Source of the DNA: Escherichia phage vB_EcoM-G3F7
DNA: 64,000 nt
Strand: one strand, 5' to 3'
Sequence record: MZ234035.1
Numbering within the stretch: the first letter of the stretch is position 1; every line of letters begins with the position of its first letter. The notes under the pieces are model-generated. The model did not search any database and was not told where the DNA came from. It saw only the letters and a list, made by a program, of their open reading frames with translations. Shown here in pieces: positions 29,281-38,891 of the stretch. The position numbers and the translations under genes are program-made.

Positions 29281-30119
29281 TTCAATTCGTAATTCCAAGC
29301 TATCAACGCGTAGGGGCAGTTTCTGCCCTTGATATGTTTCCGACTGATTATGAACCACATATTGTAGTGCGTGAACACGAAGAAAAAGCTTATTATGATG
29401 CTTATGGGTCTAGAGCTAAAATTGTAACTATTCCTGATGATGTTAATGGAATTGCCGGTACTCGTAAAGCAATTACTGATATGTATGCAGGTCAACGAAT
29501 CTGGATGATTGATGATGATACTACTATTCGTATGAGTTCAATACGAAAGAGAGACGATAAACGGCGCGTAGATAAAATTAATCAATTAACTCGTGAACAG
29601 TTCTATGAATTAATTCAATACGTTGAGGATGCTATGGATTGCGGGTATTATCACGGTCATGCTCGTCTACCAATTTTTAAAATTACTTCATCTTGGGGTA
29701 ATTATCGTGAAAACTCATATGGATTCACGAATACATGGTATGACCTCGGAAAACTTACGACAGAACAAATTGGGTATGGAAAAATTGATTTATGTGAAGA
29801 TATGTACGCATTTCTCAATTTAATTAATCAAGGTTATCCGCATTTGGCCTTGTTCAAATATCTAGTTGTATCTGGAAAATCACACGCTCCCGGCGGGTGC
29901 AGTTCAATTCGTAGTAATTCTAAACATAATAGAGCGCTTGAACAAATCAATAGAGAGTTTCCAGAGCAAGCTCGTTGGAAAACTTCTAATATTGAAAAAC
30001 GAAAATCGTTGGGTGAAGAAGACGAGCCATTAAAGGTTCTTCGCATGTGTGTTTCTCGTAAAGAAAAATCAGAAGCATTTCATAAGTTTAATGCTATTCA
30101 TCCAATAGCAGTTGATTAA
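29277..30119 (+). CDS. putative GT-A glycosyltransferase at the beta-gt locus
   Basis: 280 aa from ATG 29277; DxD-like IWMIDDDTT motif; unlike T4 beta-gt sequence. Confidence 0.55.
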   Translation: MIQFVIPSYQRVGAVSALDMFPTDYEPHIVVREHEEKAYYDAYGSRAKIVTIPDDVNGIAGTRKAITDMYAGQRIWMIDDDTTIRMSSIRKRDDKRRVDKINQLTREQFYELIQYVEDAMDCGYYHGHARLPIFKITSSWGNYRENSYGFTNTWYDLGKLTTEQIGYGKIDLCEDMYAFLNLINQGYPHLALFKYLVVSGKSHAPGGCSSIRSNSKHNRALEQINREFPEQARWKTSNIEKRKSLGEEDEPLKVLRMCVSRKEKSEAFHKFNAIHPIAVD

Positions 30120-30196
30120 TGCCTAAATTTATTGTGTTATAATTACTCTATCTTTAACCAGTGAGGAAAATATAATGATGCCTATGGAAAAAATGA

Positions 30197-31378
30197 ATGT
30201 CTATTGCAGATTTAAAATCCCGTTTGATTAAAGCTTCCACTTCTAAAATGACTGCTGAGCTGACTACATCTAAATTCTTTAATGAAAAGGATGTAATTCG
30301 TACAAAAATTCCAATGCTTAATATTGCTATTTCTGGTGCGATTGATGGTGGTATGCAGTCTGGTTTAACTATTTTCGCAGGGCCTTCTAAACACTTTAAA
30401 TCAAATATGTCTTTGACTATGGTTGCGGCGTATTTGAACAAATATCCTGACGCGGTTTGTCTATTCTATGATAGCGAATTTGGTATTACTTCAGCTTATT
30501 TGCGATCCATGGGAGTTGATCCGGAACGTGTAATTCATACACCAATCCAGTCAGTTGAACAGCTGAAAATTGATATGGTGAATCAGCTTGAAGCTATTGA
30601 GCGTGGTGAAAAAGTTATTGTATTCATCGACTCAATTGGTAATATGGCTTCTAAGAAAGAAACGGAAGATGCCTTGAATGAAAAATCTGTGGCAGATATG
30701 ACTCGTGCTAAATCACTGAAGTCATTATTCCGTATTGTTACTCCTTATTTTAGTATTAAAAACATTCCATGTGTTGCGGTTAACCACACAATTGAAACAA
30801 TTGAAATGTTTAGTAAGACCGTGATGACAGGTGGTACAGGCGTAATGTATTCGGCTGATACTGTATTCATTATCGGTAAGCGTCAGATTAAAGATGGTTC
30901 TGATCTTCAGGGGTATCAATTTGTTCTAAATGTAGAAAAATCTCGTACCGTTAAAGAAAAAAGTAAATTCTTTATTGATGTTAAATTTGACGGTGGCATC
31001 GATCCTTATTCTGGATTGTTAGATATGGCTCTAGAATTAGGATTTGTAGTAAAACCTAAGAATGGTTGGTATGCTCGTGAATTTCTTGACGAAGAAACCG
31101 GTGAGATGATTCGCGAAGAAAAATCTTGGCGTGCAAAAGATACCAACTGCACTACATTCTGGGGTCCTTTATTTAAGCATCAACCATTCCGAGATGCTAT
31201 TAAACGTGCTTATCAGTTAGGTGCTATTGATAGTAATGAAATTGTTGAAGCTGAAGTTGATGAATTGATTAACTCAAAGGTTGAAAAATTTAAATCTCTA
31301 GAAAGTAAAAGTAAATCAGCTGCTGATTTAGAAACTGACCTCGAGCAGTTAAGTGATATGGAAGAATTTAATGAATAA
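30197..31378 (+). CDS. uvsX: recombinase UvsX (RecA-like)
   Basis: 393 aa; Walker A GPSKHFKS; near-identical to T4 UvsX as recalled. Confidence 0.95.
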   Translation: MSIADLKSRLIKASTSKMTAELTTSKFFNEKDVIRTKIPMLNIAISGAIDGGMQSGLTIFAGPSKHFKSNMSLTMVAAYLNKYPDAVCLFYDSEFGITSAYLRSMGVDPERVIHTPIQSVEQLKIDMVNQLEAIERGEKVIVFIDSIGNMASKKETEDALNEKSVADMTRAKSLKSLFRIVTPYFSIKNIPCVAVNHTIETIEMFSKTVMTGGTGVMYSADTVFIIGKRQIKDGSDLQGYQFVLNVEKSRTVKEKSKFFIDVKFDGGIDPYSGLLDMALELGFVVKPKNGWYAREFLDEETGEMIREEKSWRAKDTNCTTFWGPLFKHQPFRDAIKRAYQLGAIDSNEIVEAEVDELINSKVEKFKSLESKSKSAADLETDLEQLSDMEEFNE

Positions 31379-31715
31379 AGATGATTTAGACTTAGATCTA
31401 GAAATTATCGATGAATCCCCCTCTTCGGAGGGGGAAGAAGAAAGAAAAGAACGTCTTTTTAATGAGTCTCTTAAGATAATTAAATCTGCTATGGAAAATG
31501 TTATCCAGGAGATTGTCATTAAACTAGAAGATGGTTCTACACATATAGTGTATGTAACTAAACTGGATTGGGTTGATGGAAAGGTTGTAATGGACTTTGC
31601 TGTTCTTGACCAAGAAAGAAAAGCTGAGTTAGCTCCTCATGTAGAAAAATGTATTACAATGCAACTGCAAGATGCATTTAATAAAAGGTCAAAGAAAAAA
31701 TTTAAATTCTTTTAA
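31353..31715 (+). CDS. 40: gp40-like protein
   Basis: 120-aa acidic ORF between uvsX and 41. Confidence 0.55.
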   Translation: MIWKNLMNKDDLDLDLEIIDESPSSEGEEERKERLFNESLKIIKSAMENVIQEIVIKLEDGSTHIVYVTKLDWVDGKVVMDFAVLDQERKAELAPHVEKCITMQLQDAFNKRSKKKFKFF

Positions 31716-31724
31716 GGAGTAAGT

Positions 31725-33152
31725 GTGGTAGAAATTATTCTTTCTCATCTCATATTTGATCAAGCTTATTTTTCAAAAGTTTGGCCATATATGGATTCAG
31801 AATATTTTGAAAGTGGTCCAGCTAAAAATACATTCAAATTAATTAAATCTCATGTCAATGAGTATCATAGCGTTCCATCTATTAATGCGTTAAATGTTGC
31901 ATTAGAAAATAGTTCATTTACTGAAACAGAATATTCTGGTGTAAAAACACTTATTTCAAAACTAGCTGATTCTCCGGAAGACCACAGCTGGTTAGTAAAA
32001 GAAACAGAAAAATATGTTCAGCAAAGGGCGATGTTTAATGCTACGTCTAAAATAATCGAAATTCAAACTAATGCTGAGCTTCCTCCGGAAAAACGAAATA
32101 AGAAAATGCCAGATGTAGGTGCTATTCCTGACATCATGCGCCAAGCATTATCAATTTCATTTGATAGTTACGTTGGTCATGATTGGATGGATGACTACGA
32201 AGCACGCTGGCTATCTTATATGAATAAAGCTCGTAAAGTTCCATTTAAACTCAGAATTCTAAACAAAATTACGAAAGGCGGAGCTGAAACTGGAACACTG
32301 AACGTTTTAATGGCTGGCGTTAACGTTGGTAAGTCATTAGGTCTGTGTTCATTGGCAGCAGATTATTTGCAGCTCGGACATAATGTTCTTTACATTTCCA
32401 TGGAAATGGCAGAAGAAGTCTGTGCTAAGCGTATTGACGCTAACATGCTTGATGTTTCTCTTGATGACATTGATGATGGGCATATTTCTTACGCTGAGTA
32501 TAAAGGAAAAATGGAAAAATGGCGTGAGAAATCTACTCTCGGCCGTTTAATCGTTAAACAGTATCCTACTGGTGGAGCAGATGCTAATACATTTCGGTCG
32601 CTTTTAAATGAATTAAAGCTCAAGAAGAATTTTGTTCCAACAATCATTATTGTTGACTATCTAGGTATTTGTAAATCTTGCCGCATTAGAGTTTATTCAG
32701 AAAATAGTTACACAACTGTTAAAGCCATCGCAGAAGAATTGCGTGCTCTGGCTGTTGAAACTGAAACTGTTCTTTGGACTGCAGCACAGGTTGGTAAACA
32801 AGCTTGGGACTCTTCCGATGTTAACATGAGTGATATCGCAGAATCTGCTGGTCTTCCAGCGACAGCTGATTTTATGCTTGCGGTCATTGAAACCGAGGAG
32901 TTAGCAGCTGCTGAACAACAACTCATTAAGCAAATCAAATCACGATATGGTGATAAGAATAAATGGAATAAGTTTTTGATGGGTGTTCAAAAAGGAAATC
33001 AGAAATGGGTAGAAATTGAACAAGATTCTACTCCAACTGAAGTGAACGAAGTAGCAGGTTCACAACAGATTCAGGCTGAACAGAATCGCTATCAAAGAAA
33101 CGAATCGACTCGAGCTCAGTTAGATGCTTTGGCGAATGAATTAAAATTTTAG
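31725..33152 (+). CDS. 41: replicative helicase gp41 (DnaB-like)
   Basis: 475 aa; Walker A GVNVGKS; apparent GTG start. Confidence 0.95.
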   Translation: MVEIILSHLIFDQAYFSKVWPYMDSEYFESGPAKNTFKLIKSHVNEYHSVPSINALNVALENSSFTETEYSGVKTLISKLADSPEDHSWLVKETEKYVQQRAMFNATSKIIEIQTNAELPPEKRNKKMPDVGAIPDIMRQALSISFDSYVGHDWMDDYEARWLSYMNKARKVPFKLRILNKITKGGAETGTLNVLMAGVNVGKSLGLCSLAADYLQLGHNVLYISMEMAEEVCAKRIDANMLDVSLDDIDDGHISYAEYKGKMEKWREKSTLGRLIVKQYPTGGADANTFRSLLNELKLKKNFVPTIIIVDYLGICKSCRIRVYSENSYTTVKAIAEELRALAVETETVLWTAAQVGKQAWDSSDVNMSDIAESAGLPATADFMLAVIETEELAAAEQQLIKQIKSRYGDKNKWNKFLMGVQKGNQKWVEIEQDSTPTEVNEVAGSQQIQAEQNRYQRNESTRAQLDALANELKF

Positions 33153-33181
33153 TTTACAAGCTGACAAGACTATGGTATAGT
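33153..33181 (+). promoter_or_regulatory. T4-type early promoter upstream of dmd
   Basis: GTTTAC, 17-nt spacer, TATAGT. Confidence 0.5.
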
Positions 33182-33210
33182 AGTCTTGTTGGTTAAATGA
33201 GGAGATTGTT

Positions 33211-33393
33211 ATGGAATTGGTAAAGGTAGTTTTTATGGGGTGGTTTAAGAATGAAAGCACGTTTACTAAAGAAACCACAATGATGAAAGATGACGTTCAA
33301 TGGGCTACTACTCAGTATGCTGAAGTTAATAAAGCATTAGTTAAAGCTTTCATTGATGACAAGAAAGTATGTGAAGTGGATTGCCGAGGATAA
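33211..33393 (+). CDS. dmd: Dmd-like antitoxin
   Basis: 60 aa, directly downstream of gene 41 and an early promoter; size and position match T4 dmd. Confidence 0.6.
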   Translation: MELVKVVFMGWFKNESTFTKETTMMKDDVQWATTQYAEVNKALVKAFIDDKKVCEVDCRG

Positions 33394-33394
33394 T

Positions 33395-33652
33395 ATGCAT
33401 ATTGTTTTATTTAAACCTACTCCGTATAACGTCAGGAAAAATACACAATTCAAAGCACTTATTGCCGATACGTGGGAATTGGTGTTAGATATTCCAGCAG
33501 AAGAAAGTCCTCCATTTGGTCGAGTGGAATTTATTAAGTTTGCTGTTCGCCCTACGAAGCGGCAGATTCGTCAGTGTAAAAGGTATTTTCGTAAGATCGT
33601 TAAGCTAGAGAAACAGTTTGTAACATGTGATTACGCAAAAGTTTTAAAATAA
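33395..33652 (+). CDS. hypothetical basic protein (61.4 position)
   Basis: 85 aa from ATG 33395; Lys/Arg-rich. Confidence 0.45.
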   Translation: MHIVLFKPTPYNVRKNTQFKALIADTWELVLDIPAEESPPFGRVEFIKFAVRPTKRQIRQCKRYFRKIVKLEKQFVTCDYAKVLK

Positions 33653-33710
33653 CTGTTTACTTTTATTGGAAATTGAGATACTATAAACATAAACTACTGA
33701 GGAGATTATC

Positions 33711-34004
33711 ATGAAAAAATTTATCTTTGCTACAATTTTTGCTTTAGCTTCTTGTGCTGCTCAGCCTGCTATGGCAGGTTATGATAAAGATTTGTGCGAA
33801 TGGTCTATGACTGCGGATCAGACTGAGGTTGAAACTCAAATTGAAGCAGATATTATGAATATCGTTGAGCGTGATCGTCCTGAAATGAAAGCTGAAGTGC
33901 AAAAACAGCTTAAGTCTGGTGGTGTAATGCAGTATAATTACGTTCTGTATTGTGATAAAAACTTTAATAATAAAAATATCATCGCTGAAGTGGTAGGTGA
34001 ATAA
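33711..34004 (+). CDS. sp: Spackle-like periplasmic protein
   Basis: 97 aa with N-terminal signal peptide; size and position match T4 sp. Confidence 0.6.
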   Translation: MKKFIFATIFALASCAAQPAMAGYDKDLCEWSMTADQTEVETQIEADIMNIVERDRPEMKAEVQKQLKSGGVMQYNYVLYCDKNFNNKNIIAEVVGE

Positions 34005-34017
34005 TTAGAGGCTAATA

Positions 34018-34182
34018 TGAAAACGTTTAAAGAATTTATCAAAGAAGATATGGTCGCTGGAGATTCAGGTGGTAGTCCTGAAAATATCTCTACTGGAACA
34101 ACGTCAGGCGCTGTAGTAAATAAAGGTCCTGAACAGATTCCTAAAAAGAAAAAAGAGGAATCTAAAGAAAAAGAAGAGTAAA
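34018..34182 (+). CDS. small hypothetical protein
   Basis: 54-aa Lys/Glu-rich ORF between sp and 61. Confidence 0.35.
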
Positions 34183-34183
34183 A

Positions 34184-35212
34184 ATGTCATCAATACCTTG
34201 GATTGATAATGAGTTTGCATACCGTGCATTAGCTCATTTACCTAAATTCACACAAGTAAATAATAGTTCAACTTTTAAATTACGGTTTAGATGCCCAGTT
34301 TGTGGAGATTCAAAAACCGACCAGAATAAAGCCCGTGGATGGTATTATGGTGATAATAATGAAGGAAATATTCATTGTTATAACTGTAACTATCATGCAC
34401 CAATCGGAATATATTTAAAGGAGTTTGAACCTGATTTATATCGTGAGTATATCTTTGAAATAAGAAAAGAAAAAGGTAAAAGTCGTCCAGTAGAAAAACC
34501 TAAAGAACTTCCTAAACAACCTGAGAAGAAAATAATTAAATCTCTTCCGTCATGTGTTAGATTAGATAAACTGGCGGAAGACCATCCAATTATAAAATAT
34601 GTAAAAGCTCGTTGTATTCCAAAGGATAAATGGAAATATCTTTGGTTTACAACCGAATGGCCTAAATTAGTTAATAGCATAGCACCGGGAACATATAAAA
34701 AGGAAATTTCTGAGCCTCGTCTTGTTATTCCAATTTATAATGCTAATGGAAAAGCTGAGTCTTTTCAAGGACGCGCATTAAAGAAAGATGCTCCTCAAAA
34801 ATATATCACCATCAAAGCTTATCCTGAAGCAACAAAAATTTATGGAGTCGAACGAGTTAAAGATGGTGATGTATATGTTCTAGAAGGACCTATAGATTCA
34901 CTTTTTATTGAAAATGGTATAGCTATTACGGGTGGTCAATTAGACCTAGAAGTTGTTCCATTTAAAGATAGACGAGTGTGGGTTTTAGATAATGAACCTC
35001 GTCACCCTGACACTATTAAACGAATGACTAAATTAGTTGATGCAGGAGAAAGGGTTATGTTTTGGGATAAATCTCCCTGGAAATCAAAAGATGTTAATGA
35101 TATGATTAGAAAGGAAGGTGCAACCACTGAACAAATTATGGAATATATGAAAAATAATATTGCCCAGGGGTTAATGGCTAAAATGCGGCTATCTAAATAT
35201 GCTAAGATTTAA
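34184..35212 (+). CDS. 61: DNA primase gp61
   Basis: 342 aa; N-terminal zinc ribbon CPVCGD...CYNC; Toprim-like region. Confidence 0.9.
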   Translation: MSSIPWIDNEFAYRALAHLPKFTQVNNSSTFKLRFRCPVCGDSKTDQNKARGWYYGDNNEGNIHCYNCNYHAPIGIYLKEFEPDLYREYIFEIRKEKGKSRPVEKPKELPKQPEKKIIKSLPSCVRLDKLAEDHPIIKYVKARCIPKDKWKYLWFTTEWPKLVNSIAPGTYKKEISEPRLVIPIYNANGKAESFQGRALKKDAPQKYITIKAYPEATKIYGVERVKDGDVYVLEGPIDSLFIENGIAITGGQLDLEVVPFKDRRVWVLDNEPRHPDTIKRMTKLVDAGERVMFWDKSPWKSKDVNDMIRKEGATTEQIMEYMKNNIAQGLMAKMRLSKYAKI

Positions 35213-35409
35213 ATTAACCCAACTAAAGCAAATGCTAAATCTACGAATGTATCAAGAGTAACTACTGGAATACTAACGCCATGAGCAATAGCAACTGGCG
35301 ATAAAACAAAATTCCAAAGTAAAATTCCTATCATAGCAGTAATAGTAAAAGCTATACGTTTCTTATTACCTTTTATGGCATTAACAAGTGCCATTAATTT
35401 TTGTACCAT
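35209..35409 (-). CDS. small hydrophobic membrane protein, antisense to flanking genes
   Basis: 66-aa ORF; AAGGAGGA RBS 3 nt before ATG; two hydrophobic helices. Confidence 0.45.
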   Translation of the reverse strand: MVQKLMALVNAIKGNKKRIAFTITAMIGILLWNFVLSPVAIAHGVSIPVVTLDTFVDLAFALVGLI

Positions 35410-35422
35410 ATGTCCTCCTTAT

Positions 35423-35446
35423 TGCTTTATATATTTATTGTATAAT
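35423..35446 (+). promoter_or_regulatory. MotA-box middle promoter upstream of gene 56
   Basis: TTGCTTTA box, 11-nt spacer, TATAAT. Confidence 0.55.
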
Positions 35447-35482
35447 TAATCTACTAACCCATGAATTGAAAGGAAAAATAAC

Positions 35483-35998
35483 ATGCCACATTTCAACGAA
35501 TGTAGTCAACTGATCGAAGGCGCTGATAAAGCTCAAAATGAATATTGGGATATTCTCGGTGATGAAAAAGACCCGCTGCAGGTAATGCTTGATATGCAGA
35601 AATCTTTACAGATTCGTTTAGCAAATGACCGCGAATACTGTTATCATCCAGATAAATTAGAAACTGCCGGTGATGTTGTTTCTTGGATGCGTGAACAAAA
35701 AGACTGTATTGATGATGAATTCCGCGAACTTCTGACTTCTCTTGGTGAAATGTCACGTGGTGAAAAAGATGCATCGGCAGTTTGGAAAAAATGGAAAGCA
35801 CGTTATATTGAAGCGCAAGAAAAACGCATTGATGAAATGTCCCCAGAAGATCAGCTCGAAATTAAATTTGAGCTTGTGGATATATTTCATTTCGTATTAA
35901 ATATGTTTGCTGGCCTTGGAATGAATGCGGAAGAAATCTTTAAACTTTATTATTTGAAAAATAAACATAATTTTGAACGTCAAGATAATGGGTATTAA
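35483..35998 (+). CDS. 56: dCTP pyrophosphatase gp56 (MazG-like)
   Basis: 171 aa; matches T4 gp56 length; MotA-box promoter upstream. Confidence 0.85.
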   Translation: MPHFNECSQLIEGADKAQNEYWDILGDEKDPLQVMLDMQKSLQIRLANDREYCYHPDKLETAGDVVSWMREQKDCIDDEFRELLTSLGEMSRGEKDASAVWKKWKARYIEAQEKRIDEMSPEDQLEIKFELVDIFHFVLNMFAGLGMNAEEIFKLYYLKNKHNFERQDNGY

Positions 35999-36662
35999 AC
36001 AAAAATTTTATAGAACATATATCGTAAAAGTTAGGACGCCGAAAGGCGTCTTTTGGTACGCTGGGAAACATGAATCATTTATTGTAAATCCATATGATGA
36101 TAAATATCCGGGGTCAGGCAAAATACTATGGAACATATATCGTAAGTATGGTTTTAATTATAAAATACGTTGGTCAAAATGCCATGGTTCTAGAGAAAAA
36201 TCATATGAAGTTGAACGCGAGCTAATATCTGCATTAAAACGTAAACACCCAGATACTTGCATTAATATTTCTCCTGGTGGTCAGGGTGGAGAAGGAAGAA
36301 AATGGACTGAGCAACAACGATTAGAACATAAACTTAGATTAAACAATCCTGAAACAAAAACTCGGATGAAGAATTCACAACGTATAGCCCAAAATAGAGC
36401 AGAACGAAAAGCTCGGCAATCTGAAGTAATGAAAAAGTTTTATTCGAATGGCGGAAATAAAAAGATTTCAGAAGGAACTTCAAGGGCGCAAAGAAAAGCG
36501 CCGCATTGGCATGAACCGCTTAAAAGCGAAATACATGAGTTATGGGTTTCTTTAGGTAAACCAGCAACAGGCCCGGTTGTAAAGGCGCTTAAAGGAAAAT
36601 ATGATGTAACAAGTTCAGCTCTTAAGAATTTAATTTACTTATTCAGAAAAGAAGATGTATAA
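35988..36662 (+). CDS. segF: GIY-YIG homing endonuclease SegF
   Basis: 224 aa from ATG 35988; GIY-YIG-like N-terminus; between 56 and soc as in T4. Confidence 0.8.
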   Translation: MGIKQKFYRTYIVKVRTPKGVFWYAGKHESFIVNPYDDKYPGSGKILWNIYRKYGFNYKIRWSKCHGSREKSYEVERELISALKRKHPDTCINISPGGQGGEGRKWTEQQRLEHKLRLNNPETKTRMKNSQRIAQNRAERKARQSEVMKKFYSNGGNKKISEGTSRAQRKAPHWHEPLKSEIHELWVSLGKPATGPVVKALKGKYDVTSSALKNLIYLFRKEDV

Positions 36663-36665
36663 ATA
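36658..36665 (+). promoter_or_regulatory. late promoter motif for soc
   Basis: Exact TATAAATA about 30 nt upstream of soc ATG, overlapping segF stop. Confidence 0.55.
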
Positions 36666-36695
36666 ATCATGTAATTTAAATAAAAGGAGAATTAC

Positions 36696-36941
36696 ATGGC
36701 TAGTACTCGCGGTTATGTTAATATTAAAACATTTGAGCAGAAATTAGATGGAAATAAGAAAATTGAAGGAAAGGAAATTTCTGTAGCTTTCCCTCTTTAT
36801 TCTGACGTTCACAAAATTTCTGGTGCTCATTACCAGACGTTCCCTTCAGAAAAAGCAGCATATACTACTGTATATGAAGAAAATCAGCGTACTGAATGGA
36901 TTGCTGCAAACGAAGATTTGTGGAAAGTAACTGGTGGTTAA
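36696..36941 (+). CDS. soc: small outer capsid protein Soc
   Basis: 81 aa; matches T4 Soc; late promoter TATAAATA at 36658-36665. Confidence 0.85.
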   Translation: MASTRGYVNIKTFEQKLDGNKKIEGKEISVAFPLYSDVHKISGAHYQTFPSEKAAYTTVYEENQRTEWIAANEDLWKVTGG

Positions 36942-36947
36942 TAATTC

Positions 36948-36975
36948 AAGGACTCCTTCGGGAGTCCTTTTTTCA
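36948..36975 (+). terminator. intrinsic terminator after soc
   Basis: AAGGACTCC-TTCG-GGAGTCCTT followed by TTTTTC. Confidence 0.75.
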
Positions 36976-36983
36976 TTTAAATG

Positions 36984-37013
36984 GTTTACTTTCCAAAATG
37001 AGTATGGTATAAT
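36984..37013 (+). promoter_or_regulatory. T4-type early promoter
   Basis: GTTTAC, 18-nt spacer, TATAAT. Confidence 0.55.
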
Positions 37014-37039
37014 AGAATTATCTTATAGAGGAGAGCGCT

Positions 37040-37246
37040 ATGTTAAATCGTTGGATTAAACCGAATGAAGATTTAGATATTATCATTTCACGACACGTAA
37101 TGAAGAAATATGAATTGCAACCATGGTCTACAGAAGTTGTTGTGCATTCATTTATGATGTACGCAGATGGTTCTGTTGAATTTAATGCAGAGATTCGATA
37201 CGATTATGGCGAGAAGCAAGTTGAATTCAAAAGAGGCTTTTTGTAA
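37040..37246 (+). CDS. hypothetical protein
   Basis: 68-aa ORF downstream of early promoter 36984-37013. Confidence 0.45.
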   Translation: MLNRWIKPNEDLDIIISRHVMKKYELQPWSTEVVVHSFMMYADGSVEFNAEIRYDYGEKQVEFKRGFL

Positions 37247-37587
37247 TGTTTATCTTTAATTGGTTTAAAAATTTCTTTACGGATTTTTTCTCTACAGTTC
37301 CTGGGGAAGGTGTAGTTCCTATTTCAAATGACGACCTTCCTTTAACTGTAGTTGAGTATGTTTATATGGGAGATGGAACAGTAGAAGCAGTCACTATGAC
37401 TTATGAAGAAGCCCAAGAATATTATAAAAATCCTTGGCGCTGGTCAGTACCTACTACATCATCTAATGCACAGAATACACAGTCTAGTTCTGATTCATAT
37501 GATACTAATGTTCCTGTTCATGTATGGACGGGCGATTCATGTGGAAGTTCTTGTGATTCTAGTTGTTCATCTACATCTTGTGATTGA
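37246..37587 (+). CDS. hypothetical protein with Cys/Ser-rich C-terminus
   Basis: 113-aa ORF ending [17 protein letters not shown]. Confidence 0.45.
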   Translation: MFIFNWFKNFFTDFFSTVPGEGVVPISNDDLPLTVVEYVYMGDGTVEAVTMTYEEAQEYYKNPWRWSVPTTSSNAQNTQSSSDSYDTNVPVHVWTGDSCGSSCDSSCSSTSCD

Positions 37588-38081
37588 GGAAAATTATGGA
37601 AGCAATTTTGTTTGAAATGTCTATCAATAGTATTAGTATGGCGTTTGTCAAGGATGTTCCAATTACCGTAGCAGTAATGATTGATAAAAGATATGACAAT
37701 GACATGTATCTAGTAGAAGATTTTATTTCAATGCCAGTTCCAGAAGATGTTGAAATAAAACTTAAAAAGATCGGAATTATTGAAACTGTACAAAATTCTC
37801 CATTTATGGCAATTCAAGCATTTACTAAATCTAACTATATTGATGTTGCTGAAGCATACTATAATAATAAACCGTTATCCTTCTATTCATATGATTCAAT
37901 ATATGACTGGAAAATTGATAAGGGAAATAAATTTATAATTACGGACGAAAGTGCGCTATCATATTTTATTACCTCTTTATGGAATAATTTAAATCCTAAT
38001 TTGCTAAAAATTCATGAATTTGACGGTGTCCATACTATTGTTTTAGGTAAAATAAATGAAAGCTCTCAAGAAGATTCTTGA
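37584..38081 (+). CDS. hypothetical protein (mrh region)
   Basis: 165-aa ORF; ATGA overlap with upstream ORF. Confidence 0.5.
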   Translation: MRKIMEAILFEMSINSISMAFVKDVPITVAVMIDKRYDNDMYLVEDFISMPVPEDVEIKLKKIGIIETVQNSPFMAIQAFTKSNYIDVAEAYYNNKPLSFYSYDSIYDWKIDKGNKFIITDESALSYFITSLWNNLNPNLLKIHEFDGVHTIVLGKINESSQEDS

Positions 38082-38259
38082 ATGGTTCAATAGACCAAAC
38101 TCAATGTACATTGATGATGGTTGGGTTGAACAAGCAAATAAAGAAATGCAGAACGAATCAGAAGAATGGATGAAATCAATGATTAGTGCTGAGAAAGAAA
38201 AGAAATTAGAACGCTCAGCGCTTAAATTAATGAGAGACATCTATGGGGATAAATCGTGA
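38056..38259 (+). CDS. hypothetical protein
   Basis: 67-aa ORF. Confidence 0.4.
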   Translation: MKALKKILEWFNRPNSMYIDDGWVEQANKEMQNESEEWMKSMISAEKEKKLERSALKLMRDIYGDKS

Positions 38260-38412
38260 ACAAAGATATGACGTTAGAAGAGGCTAAAGCAAAAGCAAAT
38301 GAAGCATTGGATTTGCTTCTTAAAATTGGCAGTAAAATGATGGAAGAAAATGAGAAATATATCCAGGAAAACAAAATTCCTGACGGCCCATTAGTAGGCA
38401 AGAGGAAATCAC

Positions 38413-38883
38413 ATGATTGAAGTAGCAAAACATTATTCAATAGAATTTATGTCTAAAGAAGGTAAATCAGTAAATACACTTGACAAAAAGTGCTCGTTAA
38501 TTATTCCTTTAGCAGAAAATCCGGATATTTTAATTAAAGATATAAAAGAAAGAAAATACCCAGAAAATGTTATTCTAATTATAAAGCATACTGAAGATAT
38601 TTTGCAGAATACTGATTCACCGTTTTCTTCTTCTGAAGCTTTAACTATTAAAGGCTATAAAAGAGCTCATGAATATGGTCTTTTTGACCTGTTTGAAGAC
38701 GATAAAGTTAAATTAGCGAGTCAACCTTCTAAAAGTAAAACATTCATTATTGAAGATATTAAAGATATAAATGCATTCGTTAAGATGGTCTGGGCTCATT
38801 TTGATGTTGGACTACGCTGGAGAATGTCCGAAGAAGAAAGAAAGATTATTGAAGCTAATCGTCAATTTGGTTTTTATCGCTAG
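38413..38883 (+). CDS. hypothetical protein
   Basis: 156-aa ORF. Confidence 0.5.
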   Translation: MIEVAKHYSIEFMSKEGKSVNTLDKKCSLIIPLAENPDILIKDIKERKYPENVILIIKHTEDILQNTDSPFSSSEALTIKGYKRAHEYGLFDLFEDDKVKLASQPSKSKTFIIEDIKDINAFVKMVWAHFDVGLRWRMSEEERKIIEANRQFGFYR

Positions 38884-38891
38884 GAATTAAT

